DNA of 63,828 nucleotides, filler included, from Octopus bimaculoides (taxonomy: Eukaryota), in NCBI RefSeq assembly GCF_001194135.2. It is 9 parts of 9 records of this genome, joined end to end, with 100 filler letters (N's around TTAATTAATTAA, not from the genome) between each part and the next. Parts side by side here need not be neighbours in the genome. Positions count along the whole stretch, not along the records: positions 32,319 to 47,702 come from NC_069005.1; positions 47,803 to 50,276 come from NW_026301954.1; 7 more parts are not named here. The stretch is one strand, 5' to 3'. Shown piece by piece: positions 36,380-48,024 of the stretch. Position numbers and translations under genes: made by a program. Within the stretch, counting starts at the first letter, position 1, and every line of letters starts with the position of its first letter. Under the pieces are notes generated by a model. The model ran no database searches, was not told where the DNA came from, and saw only the letters and a program-made list of their open reading frames with translations.

Positions 36380-36910
36380 GCTATAAATAGCTTCTGTTAC
36401 CTAGGCAACCAAGTTAGCAGTGAAGGAGGAAGTTCTGAAAGGGTAGTTGCTAGAATAAGAACAGGCTGGGCAAAGTTCAGAGAGCTGCTACCTTTGTTAG
36501 TAACTAAGGGCTTCCGCCTTAGAGTGAAAGGCAGATTGTATGATGCCTGTGTGTAAACAGCCATGCTACATGGTGGTGAAATTTGGACTATGACTACAAC
36601 AGGATTTGTGAAGGCTTGAAAGAAATAAAGCTAGCATGTTCCACTGGATCGGTAATGTCAGTGTGCACACATGACAGAGTGTAAGTGATTTATGAGGAAA
36701 ACTGGGCATAAGAGGCATCAGATGTTGTGTGCAAGAGAGAAGAAGACTGCACTGGTTTGGTCATGTGATGTGCATGGATGAGGACAGCTGCATAAAGAAG
36801 TGCCAAGTTCTAATTGTGGAGGAAACTTGTGGAAGCGGGTAAACCCAGGAAGACAGGAGATGAAGTGGTGAAAAAGGATGCCAGGCGTCACTGGGGAAAT
36901 GACAAGGGAC
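36380..36910 (+). mobile_element. RTE-clade LINE ORF2 3' fragment
   Basis: SFCYLG..ARIRTGWAKFRELLPLL..VKGRLYDACV..LHWFGHVMCMDEDSCIKKC. Confidence 0.85.
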
Positions 36911-37089
36911 CAGGAATTGTGGTAACAACAAAGTTCTCTCTTTTCTTTTCTGCCAGTTAACATCACAGTTAAAGTTCTTCGCAAAAACATATAACACAAG
37001 TACACTTTTCTTTAAAGAAATGCAAATAAACCTTCACCGCAAGAATTTCCTTTCCTTCAAATATTAATCTCCCACTACATCCACAAGAC

Positions 37090-37420
37090 TTTTGCCTGCC
37101 ACAACAGTCCCTTCTCCTCTCATTGACTCTATCCCTTTCTATCACTGGTACCTGGTGTCAATAGCCTCTCTGTTCATCTTGCTTCTCTTCACTCCCGGCT
37201 GGCTGTCACACACTCGTTCTTCACTGGCTGATCGCTTGTACATCGACTGCGATTCCATCTGGCTCCTGGCCTTTACACCGAACTCGCGTTCTTCACCCAA
37301 TGATTTTGTTTACACCAAATGCGATTCCCAAATCTATGCTCTCGTATTCATGACAGATACCGTAGCTCATAGTGCTACCTTACCCCCTCCAAAGCTGGAT
37401 CAGTTTAGTACATACAGTTC
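37090..37420 (+). mobile_element. Possible CR1/Jockey-like LINE 3' fragment
   Basis: Weak FYxWY..(T)RSS.. resemblance only. Confidence 0.35.
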
Positions 37421-37603
37421 CTAACTTGTTTTTCTAAACTTTCGGTGACCGGAAAGGGTCAGAGATCACACTCCTACGCTATAAATAAACGTGCTTGTTG
37501 ACAGGACAAAGAAAATACCAATGCCCTGACCGACTAGAAAACGGTTTCAAACTCAGCTCGTGGAATAGGAACATAACGTTATTTTGTTTTTCGGTGGTCG
37601 CAT

Positions 37604-37665
<62 letters not shown>

Positions 37666-38257
37666 TCACACATACATACATGTATGTAGCCAACATTTGT
37701 TGAGCGCCAATCATGAAGCTGACGGCTCTTGAGTCACTTTGGTAACTTTTGCTGGTTAACACACAGAGGTGAAAATTCCAAAGTGAACATTGCTACGGCT
37801 GTGTCTCTCCCCAATGCTAAAAGTAGAAGCCAAAGTTCCTTTGAATCACGTCCTACAACCTTAATAAACAAATAGTAATAGTAGTAGTAGTTGTAGTAGT
37901 AGTCTGTTCAATAACCACACCTTAGTGGTTTTCGAACAGCACTCAACCACTCCAATTTTAAAACAAATATCGTTTCTTGTACCACATTGGATAATATTAG
38001 GAATAGTATGTTTATATTAGTAATAGTGCTTCTATAAAAAGAAGAAAAAAAAGACTCAAGGCACAGAACGGCGGGGGAGAAAATATAAGCGAGAATTAAG
38101 TTGAACTCTAGTCTAATTTTGACTGCTACGTGCGTTGATCAGCCCCTGAAAAAAATGATAGGAATTGACCTGGGAGAATTTGAACTCAGAGCGTAAAGGG
38201 GCGTAACTAAATATTGCAAAGGCTTAATCCGAGGTACATTTATATTTAAAAAAAAAT

Positions 38258-38298
<41 letters not shown>

Positions 38299-39529
38299 AC
38301 TATACTATACACACACACACGCGTGCGCATGTGTGTGTGTATTATAATGGCATAGTTGCTTGTAATTATTAGTTCTAGTCATTGAATAGCGGTCATGCTG
38401 GGGCACCTTTAAAGANNNNNNNNNNNNNNNNNNNNNNNNNNNNNNNNNNNNNNNNNNNNNNNNNNNNNNNNNNNNNNNNNNNNNNNNNNNNNNNNNNNNN
38501 NNNNNNNNNNNNNNNNNNNNNNNNNNNNNNNNNNNNNNNNNGGCCTTATATCGGCTGATACGAGGCTAAACAAACCGACCTATGATCAGATATACACTTC
38601 ATTCGATAACCACACCGTCTTGTTTTCAAACATATTGGACATATCTAAGAAAAATGAATTGCCTTGTAAAGACAGCCCGGTCGGAGATTTGGCTGTTTTT
38701 TCTAGCGGACTACATCGAGGTTACCTTGTTAGTTTCGTTTCTTTGACTTAGTTCCACTGTTGTAGAAAGCAACAAATAATGGGACAAGTAATATAGTTTT
38801 AAAAATAACCCTCCAAATATATCAGCATTTTCTTCCCAGAGAAAGAAGAGGGAAAAAATTAGAAAGAAAAATGAAATATAAATGATATTGCGACAAGGAC
38901 CCCCACCCCACCAGCAAAAAAAATAAAATACAAGTTTGTTAATGAATTATTTTATGGTGTGTATAATTATATTTATTTTATACCATGCACAATTATGCTA
39001 TAGGGTGGACAATTAAGCCTTATAGCGCAGATAATTTGGTTACAAATATCATAAATGACCGTTTATAATGCGGACATAAAGAGCAAAACATAAATATTAT
39101 TAGAAGAAGAAGGAAGCCGCTTTTTGAGTAATTAATAAATGTAATCGTGAAAGAGACGTATGTGGAAAGAGAGAAAAAGGAATAGACACCTTTTTGCTTC
39201 ATTTTCTTACCTGAAAAAATTTGACATTTTTTCGGTGGTATTTCTATGAAATTGTCCGACTTCTCAATTAATTTAGAGACAGAATGCAGAAGAAACCATG
39301 TCTTTTTTCGCTCCTCTTTTACTTAATTGATGAAAAGGATGTTGAAGAATGTTTCTGTAGCAGACTGTTGTTGTTGTTGCTGGTGAAGTTGTTGTTGTTG
39401 TTGTTTATTGCAAGGCGAAGTGAGGAGAGAAGGTGAGTCTAAAGTAAAGTGTTTGAAATACCAGAGGAATATCGGAAAGACGCGGTTAGTAGAGTCGTAT
39501 AGTGGCTGACACGAGTTGTTTATCTTGAT

Positions 39530-40730
39530 CAGAGGCACAGTGGAAGGGAGGGAGGAGAGAGAGGGAGAGGGAAAGTGATAGTGAGTGAGGGAGAGAAAGA
39601 ATGGGATATTGAGTGAGTGAGGGAGAGAAAGAATGGGATATTGAGTGAGTGAGGAAGAGAAAGAATGGGATATTGAGTGACTGAGGAAGAGAAAGAATGG
39701 GATATTGAGTGAGTGAGGGAGGGTGAGAGATACTTGGTGAACAATAGAGAAATAGTGAGTGAGAGAGGTGAAAAGAGATACGGGAAGAGAAAGAGATATT
39801 GAGTGAGAGAGGGGAAAAGAGATACGGGGAGAGAAAGAGATATTGAATGAGAGAGGTGAAAAGAGATACGGGAAGAGAAAGAGATACTGAGTGAGAGAGG
39901 GGAAAAGAGATACGGAAGAGAAAGAGATACTGAGTGAGTGAGGGTGGAAGAGAGTGAGAGAGAGAAAGCGATAGTGAGTGAGGAAGAGAAAGAATGTGAT
40001 ATTGAGCAAGTGAGAGAGAGAGTGAGAGATACTTGGTGAACAATAGAGAAATAGTGAGTGAGAGAGGTGAAAAGAGATACGGGAAGAGAAAGAGATATTA
40101 AGTGAATGAGGGTGAGGGTGAGAGAGAGAGATAGAGAAAGATAGTCGGTGAAAGAGGTGAAAAGAGACACGGGGAGAAAAGATAATTGAAGAGAACAGGA
40201 AGAGGTGAATAAATAGAGGAGAATATAAAAAAGAGGAAGGTAAATAGAGCAAGATATAAACGGAGGAGAAAAGAAATAGAGAGGTGAATACAGCAGGCGA
40301 TAGAGGGAGGGGAAGAGAAATAAGAGGGAAATAGAACGGGATATAAAGAGAGGGGAGACAAATACAGAGAGGTGAATAAATAGAGCAAGATATAAAGGGA
40401 GGGGGAGAGAGAAAAACAGAGAGGTGAATAAATAAAGCGGGACGTTAGGAGAGGAGAGAGAAATTGAGGAATAGAGGGAGTGATAGCAACAGATATGTAG
40501 AGAGAGGTAAATATAGAGAGAGGGGGAACAGACAAGAGATATAGAGAGGGTTTACAGTGAAGAATGATAGACAGAGATAGAGATAGACAGTAGTGAAAAG
40601 ATAGAGTGGTGGATTGACAGAAAGATGTATAGAGCGAGATATATAGACAGACACACACACAAGGGGATGAATTGAAGGAGAAAGATAGGGATAAATTAAG
40701 AGTTTGGAAGATAAACAGATGGATAGATAG
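39530..40730. repeat. Purine-rich minisatellite (32-bp and 44-bp units) and GA-rich low complexity
   Basis: Units start at 39605/39637/39669/39701 (32 bp) and 39795/39839/39883 (44 bp). Confidence 0.9.
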
Positions 40731-41486
40731 TTACTAACACAGATCGGTCGCACGATTTAACAAAACCATTTTGTCTATTATCAGAGTCCATTCGGTTACA
40801 AGTATTTGATCCAACTCTCTGGTTTGAGGATAAAAACTCCCTTTACACACTCACTTGCCTCGGATGCCCTAAAAAGGGTCATAGGTGCTGCTCTTCCTTT
40901 AACTAAACCATAAAAAAAAAAGATAGGTCGGTAGAAAAAAGGACAATACAAAAAAAAAAAACATACTGCTAGATAGATGAATAAATAGTGAGGGTGATCT
41001 TACGGTACGGGGGATCGCCATAGTGAGATATAAATAGATATAGAGCTGACAAAAATAGATTGACAAATATACATGACAAGCACCAGTTTGAAACGAACAA
41101 CATGTCCACTCCGATAAAAGTCACTGGTAGATAAAGATAGATAAATATGTAAGGTGGATACAGACACGAAAAGAAATAAGATAGTTACATATCGTTAAAC
41201 ACATGCAGGACAAATAGAGAAACAGATAGACTGTCGGCAGGACGCACTATTAAAGAAAACAAGCGGCCAGAAAATATAGATAGGTTCTAATAATGTATGT
41301 AACGTCTTAAGTTCTTTATTTGATGTTTAAATAATCAATTTAAGATGAGCAGTGCGAGCTCTTTACAAGTCCTTGTCCTTAACGTAATATTGGGGAAAAG
41401 TTTCGTTCCAAACCAGTTACAAGCTATCTATCTATTTATATCTCGTCCTCGGTAAATTTTCAGATTAACACCCACACAATTTTCAC

Positions 41487-41584
41487 TAGGGTGTTAGGGT
41501 TAGGGTTTTAGGGTTACGGTTACGGTTAGAGTTTTAGGATTAGGGAATTCCGTCCCTAAACCTAACCCTAAAACCTACCCTAAT
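41487..41584. repeat. Degenerate TTAGGG repeats facing CCCTAA repeats
   Basis: TTAGGGA-attccg-TCCCTAA centre at 41540-41559. Confidence 0.8.
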
Positions 41585-41585
41585 C

Positions 41586-41854
41586 CAGGGGTTTTCAAAC
41601 TTTTTGACTTGCGGACCCCTTTATATTTCAGGCTTTACCTTAGGGACCCACCTTATAAACGCTTATGAAATTTATACATAAATATTTGCTTAAAATAACA
41701 TATATTTTTACATTTATTTATTTAACAGTATTTAACAAATAGGTTTATTGTCAATTAAAAGATTTCGATTAAAAAACATATATAAAATCAAATTGCCCAT
41801 AAAAAGTATTTGCTGTCCACGGAGCCCCTGTGGTCCGCGGACCACAGTTTGAAA
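41586..41854 (+). mobile_element. hAT (Charlie-like) MITE
   Basis: 5' TIR CAGGGGTTTTCAAAC; 3' GTTTGAAA runs into the gap; subterminal palindrome TGTGGTCCGCGGACCACA. Confidence 0.8.
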
Positions 41855-42101
41855 NNNNNNNNNNNNNNNNNNNNNNNNNNNNNNNNNNNNNNNNNNNNNN
41901 NNNNNNNNNNNNNNNNNNNNNNNNNNNNNNNNNNNNNNNNNNNNNNNNNNNNNNNNNNNNNNNNNNNNNNNNNNNNNNNNNNNNNNNNNNNNNNNNNNNN
42001 NNNNNNNNNNNNNNNNNNNNNNNNNNNNNNNNNNNNNNNNNNNNNNNNNNNNNNNNNNNNNNNNNNNNNNNNNNNNNNNNNNNNNNNNNNNNNNNNNNNN
42101 N

Positions 42102-43400
42102 GGTGGATGACCCCTGGTCTTCCTTCCCTCACTTGCTCTCACCCTACCCTTCCTGTTCCTATCAAGCCCCCTTTACCGTTGACGTCACAGCCCTTTCCTT
42201 CCGGCTCATCTCATCCCCACATGCCCCCCCCCGATCTCAAAGATCCCCTCCTCACTTTACTCCATGTCAAAATCTGCCATCCACCCAGGTGGATGCCTCA
42301 CATGCTGTGCTCTCCATTGGGAGGTAGTCTCGTTCTCTTCCTCTCCTCCACCTTTGTTGTCCAACAAAGCAACAATCCTGCAAACATCCAAGACGTGACA
42401 CGACATTCCATCCGCAGGAACGTTATTTTTGGAGTTAACAGCCATCACTGTTCCTCTGTAATACTGAGATGTGCAGGGTGCCTTCAGGGACCCAGACTTC
42501 ATCTCCCACCTCCACAAGGACAGGCTCTCTCTCTCTTCTGTAGGGTAGTCTGATGGTTTAATAGGATGTTGCCATTCATATCTGAACATCACTGTGTGGC
42601 ACAGACTCTTCAGCCTGTCCTCAATGGGGCATATTGTACCAGAACACTGGTTCCAGCAGCAAGATGTGCCCCTCTCCGCCATGGCCTTGATCATTCCATG
42701 ATGTCTTTCTACAATCCCATTTCCACTTGGCCCATACGCTGCTCTAAAGAAACAGTGTACATTCCACTTATCAAGCATCTCTTTCAATATCTCCAAATGA
42801 AATGCAGTGCCATTATCCATCTGCAATTCATTCACAGGGCCCTGTTCCAGGAATATCACATTCAGGTTATGTGCAATCTCATCTGCAGTACCTGTCCTCA
42901 ATTCCTTCCAAATAGCTGTCCGACCCAGCCCTCAGTCGACCATCAAGAGATATGTCCCCCTGCTGCTAGTGTGTCACATCCTCCACCAATCATCTCCAGT
43001 TGTGCTCTACCAAGATGTTTCTCTGCTCATGCACACCCAGAGCAGGCTCAATGGATTGACCCCTATCACAATGCCCTACCACCTTTTGGATACTTTGCCT
43101 AGTGGCATCAGCGTTGACCCTACTGGCAAGATACAGAGTTCTATCCACACCCATATGATGCCTGGCATGCAGTCGCCTTAGCTCTGAGTCACTTAAACGA
43201 CACATTGCAGCTATCCCCTGCTTTGAATCTACTGGCTCCGTCCACCAGGCCTTTTTTACCCTGGTTAGAATGTCTGCCTTGTTCCTTTCTGAAGGCACAA
43301 AAACCACACTCACCTTCAAGCCAAATTTGGCTGCTAGTTCTAGAATCTCTAGGCAGTGCTTTACTAACATCTCTGCCGCCCCTTTGGTTCCAACTCTCTT
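42102..43400 (-). mobile_element. Gypsy-like pol 3' fragment (RNase H end, integrase), PPT and start of 3' LTR
   Basis: VPSERNKADILTR; HARHHMGVDRT..VVGHCDRG (HHCC); LQMDNGTAF..GNGIVERHH core; G-rich PPT then TGTGGGG at 42221. Confidence 0.85.
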
Positions 43401-43405
43401 TTTAT

Positions 43406-43573
43406 CATGTTAAGAGAAAATATCTTAATATTTCAACAATTTTTCAAGCTGATTACATGGAGGAATCGTGTTCATTTCCATTTTGTTTTTATCCAAAATG
43501 AAGATGAACACCATTCCTTCATATAATTGACTTGGAAAATTGTTGAAATATTAAGATATTTTCTCTTAGCATG
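43406..43573. repeat. Long hairpin, 80-bp arms, 8-nt loop
   Basis: About 10 mismatches in 80 bp, no indels. Confidence 0.9.
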
Positions 43574-44159
43574 CAACCAATGGTAGCTTTAATACACAAA
43601 TGTGTGTGCATGTGTGTATTGCATCTAAGTCTAACACTCTTTATTTATATTACTTCTACAGTATTTTTTCTCTGTATTCCTCTGTAACTATGTACACAAG
43701 TCCTAATTGATACTTAATATTATATATAACTTCACCCAAAGTAATTTTGTATTATTTTACCTATCTGCCTGAAGAATTAGTAACAGATGTCTAACATGTT
43801 TTTTTCTAAATGATAGCTCTGTAACTCCTATTAGTTAACAAAACATATGTAATGGAACATAAAAAGTACCAATTTGTTCCAGGCTTCTGTTTTGATAAAT
43901 AAACACATACACACACACACACACATGTATGTATAAATATATATATACATGTATATGTCGACTTTGAAAATATACTTGATTCATGAGGTTATCTACCTTT
44001 TTCATGTAGTACTCGGCTTAATTGCCATTATGTAATTATGACATATCTGCTAATGACAGAGATAATTTTAACAAATTAAGTATTTATGTTGTATGGTATT
44101 TATTTGACACACTTTTATTTCACTCTTCTTCTTCTTTTCACTCTCTCTCCCTGTCTCTC

Positions 44160-45095
44160 CATATGCATACATACATACATACATACATGCATACATACAT
44201 CATGTGAGTGTATATATGTATGTATGCATGTATGTACGTAAGCATGTATGTATGTATGTATGTATGTTTGTATGTATATGAGACAAATTGTTTTGAACGG
44301 TGGGATTTGAAGTAGATAAAGCTATGAATAATAGCATGGAGAATATATAAGGTTAAAAACACAACCCTTGCCTCGGAAAAAGTCAAAGGTTGCTCCTGGG
44401 ATTTTTTTTCCATCCAAGGATTTTTCCTTTGACTCAATATTTTACATGCAATTATTTACATTTACAGCTATGTTTTTTCAGGCTCAATGAAATAAGTACC
44501 AGTGGTGTATTGGGATCACTGTAACTAACTAATCCACCCCTTAAAATTACTGGCCTTGTGCCAATAGCAGAAAGGCACCCGTTAAAATCAATTATTTCAT
44601 ATCTCTCAAAGTTCCTAAATCTTTATGATACATACAAACATACATACATACATACTTGTATGAGAATACATACATATAACAAAACATACAAATTTACACA
44701 TACATACATACATACATACATACATACATACAAACGTACATACATACATACTTACAAGCATGCATGCATGCATACATGCATACATACATACACACATACA
44801 TACAAACATACACATGTACATACATACATACATATATATGCACACATGTTCATGCTTACATACATACACACATACATACATACATAGATACATACAAACA
44901 TACATACATGCATGCATACATACATACACACATATAAACGTACATACATACATACAAACATACACATGTACATATGTATGTACATACAAACATACATACA
45001 TACATACATACATACATAATATATGCACACATGTACATGCTTACATACATACATACACACACACACATACATACATACATACATACATACATACA
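44160..45095. repeat. (TACA)n/(TATG)n tetranucleotide fields
   Basis: Direct; source of the HTYI/YVCM ORFs. Confidence 0.92.
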
Positions 45096-45097
45096 TA

Positions 45098-45830
45098 CCG
45101 GATGTATTCATTTGTATGATAAATAATTGCCTCAGGAAAAATAAAACAGTGTTTTTAATTTTTGAGATATATTTATCAAATTTGGGTCAGTTTGTTTTCA
45201 TGACATGTTCTGTCAATTTCACTTGATGAACCTGCCTTTGACCTCAATGACAGTCTCCAGGCAACCTTGGAACTGGCCACAGGCTTTTGTCACTATCTCA
45301 CATTTTAGGCCCCTGAAAACCCTAGTAATCCTGGCCCTCAACCCATCCTTTATATTGCAGCTGGATTTGTTGGCCTCAGGCCTGGGTCTTCCAGCTGATG
45401 TGGCAGTGTGCAGAGTCTTGCTGACACACATACAGCATCTCTGCAACTATCTGGCTGATCCAGGGCTTCACCACCTTGCTCAGAACACAGATATAGCTGT
45501 TGGTGTTCAGGTGAGGCTCCCAGGGAAGGACTGAGGTGGCATAACATCACCTTCATTGCTGACAACTTCGAGGACCATGACTGTTGCTGGAAATTTCATA
45601 TGTATGACCCTGGGCACGTCCTTGGGTGAGACACCAAGCCACCTATTGTTCTCTGGTCTCATCAGAGAAGCACTGTATGTGTCTGGCTCCAGTGGGTGTT
45701 TCAACATGTTGATCAGTTTTTCCTGCATCACTTTGGACAGAAATTGTGCCTCATTTTGTATGAGAAACAGTGACTGTCCTCATGCCCCACCAGCCTGATG
45801 AGCTTTTCACCCACACCGTTCTCCCATGCA
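45098..45830 (-). mobile_element. maT/DD37D-like Tc1/mariner transposase 3' fragment with terminus
   Basis: KFPATVMVLEVVSNEGDVMPP, VKPWI..CQQDSAHCH, FQGCLETVIEVKG; TA-CCGGATG terminus. Confidence 0.75.
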
Positions 45831-45914
45831 ATGTCATGCATGGGAGAATGCAATGCCATGCATCTGTGACGGACAATCTGTCGCCATCAGAATGCTGGAA
45901 TTCGTTGCTGAAAT

Positions 45915-46166
45915 CCGGCACATAAAATACACCATTTTGAGCGTAGTTGTTGCCAGTACCGCCTGACTGGCCTTCGTGCCGGTGGCACGTAAAAGCACCT
46001 ACTACACTCTCGAAGTGGTTGGCGTTAGGAAGGGCATCCAGCTGTAGAAACTCTGCCAAATCAGATTGGAGCCTGGTGTAGCCATCTGGTTTCACCAGTC
46101 CTCAGTCAAATCGTCCAACCCATGCTAGCATGGAAAGCGGACGTTAAACGACGATGATGATGATGA
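45915..46166 (+). mobile_element. Family D copy
   Basis: Same core and (GAT)n tail as 33869. Confidence 0.88.
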
Positions 46167-46327
46167 TCAACAAAGCATACATGTTGCACATAGATACATT
46201 TATACAGACCTGAACAGTTTGGATTTGTCATATTGCTAATAGAAAAAATAATTGAATAAAAAATGGTGTTTCTACTATTTTGTCCAATCCCCCCGCCTCT
46301 CTCTCTCTATATATATACAGATATATG

Positions 46328-46386
<59 letters not shown>

Positions 46387-47299
46387 NNNNNNNNNNNNNN
46401 NNNNNNNNNNNNNNNNNNNNNNNNNNNNNNNNNNNNNNNNNNNNNNNNNNNNNNNNNNNNNNNNNNNNNNNNNNNNNNNNNNNNNNNNNNNNNNNNNNNN
46501 NNNNNNNNNNNNNNNNNNNNNNNNNNNNNNNNNNNNNNNNNNNNNNNNNNNNNNNNNNNNNNNNNNNNNNNNNNNNNNNNNNNNNNNNNNNNNNNNNNNN
46601 NNNNNNNNNNNNNNNNNNNNNNNNNNNNNNNNNNNNNNNNNNNNNNNNNNNNNNNNNNNNNNNNNNNNNNNNNNNNNNNNNNNNNNNNNNNNNNNNNNNN
46701 NNNNNNNNNNNNNNNNNNNNNNNNNNNNNNNNNNNNNNATATATATATATATATTTATTTATTTATATATGTACATTTGTGTGTGTGTGTGTGTGTCTGT
46801 GTGTATGCATGTGTGAGTGTATGCATGTGTACGTGTGTGTGTATACGTGTGCATGTATATGTGTGTGTGTATTCTCTTCCGTCATTTTGACAAAATATCA
46901 TTTGAACTGCTCAAACTGTGAGTGGTTAAGCCTTTTACAAGCACTTGCCAATGTAACCTAGTCCTGTAACAATGTGACACTGCGTGGCAAAACCGGTTGT
47001 TTTGAATTGCGCACGTACACCTCATCTTCTGTGGAAGTATAAGTGCTAGGCACTTATGAAAAAAAAAAAGATATCCTTATACAGTCATTAGGCAGTGTTT
47101 GACATGATTTGCTTACTGTACTTCAAGTGCTGTCCAGCTGAAAAGATTCCACAGTTTCTGCCTACAAATTTCACATAGAAAACCAATCATAGGCTACCGA
47201 GTCATCTACGAATATCATCTAACAGAGACACAAGGACCCAAATTTTTTAGGCGTGTAGTTTATTATACTAAATCTTGGAAGGATGATATATAAAGGGCA

Positions 47300-47693
47300 T
47301 GTAGTGGCGCGAAATTATAGCCGCCATTGAGGAAGTACTATTCTGCGCATGCGCAGGGGACTTCACCACCGGAAGCCCCTCGAGTTGCGCATGCGTAGTA
47401 AAACTCGTACTTAAACAGTTAGTTTCAATTTCTCAGCGAGTTGAGCCACAGACCTTCTACGTGACAACTCCTCACTCCTCAACGAATCACCACTTCACCA
47501 CGATGCCTTCGATGGTGATAGCTACTTGCTTCTCTGGCAGGCATCAAGGAAGCCCTTAACCTTCCAATACCAAACCACAACTTAATCAGCGGCTGCTAAG
47601 CTGAATGACAGGAATTGTGAAACCAAGCATCATCAGAAAAATAAAACCTTTTTATTATGTTGTAAAATTGTTCTAATGTCTCTTCATATATAA
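47300..47693 (+). mobile_element. Probable solo LTR carrying a promoter-like motif cluster
   Basis: TGTAG start, AATAAA at 47640-47645 followed by a short U5-like tail; CpG-rich 5' third; no CA end or TSD confirmed. Confidence 0.45.
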
Positions 47694-47976
47694 TGCTGTT
47701 GANNNNNNNNNNNNNNNNNNNNNNNNNNNNNNNNNNNNNNNNNNNNTTAATTAATTAANNNNNNNNNNNNNNNNNNNNNNNNNNNNNNNNNNNNNNNNNN
47801 NNTAAGGTAAACGAATTGCAGGCCAGATTCCAACAGTGGCAGGAATTCTAAGACCAGAGTATTGCAGTGCTATATGCATGTGTGTGTATGTATAAATGTG
47901 TGTTTGTGTTAAATAAAATGAGACAACAAGGCCACCGCAATGTGAAATTTCTTGCACGTTTATAAAGAGAAAGGTA

Positions 47977-48024
47977 GACTTACAACTGTTTCAAGGATAT
48001 GAGGGATATCCCTTCAACAGAGAC
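47977..48024 (-). ncRNA. Minimal type-I hammerhead ribozyme (degenerate core)
   Basis: Minus strand GTCT-CTGTTGA-AGGGATAT-CCCTC-ATATCCTT-GAAAC-AGTT-GTA-AGTC: 8-bp stem II, GAAA core, GUA cleavage triplet; A6 replaced by U. Confidence 0.72.

Noticed and set aside
39605-39930. Regularly spaced ~32-44-bp repeats as a CRISPR-like array
   Set aside because: Units are contiguous with no unique spacers; eukaryotic context; no cas genes.
39323-40753. Long Leu/Ser/Phe-rich ORFs in several frames
   Set aside because: A by-product of the stop-poor pyrimidine strand of the minisatellite.
44558-45226. HTYI/YVCM repeat ORFs (also VCVC, IYIY, poly-I/N/Y ORFs elsewhere)
   Set aside because: Translations of microsatellites.
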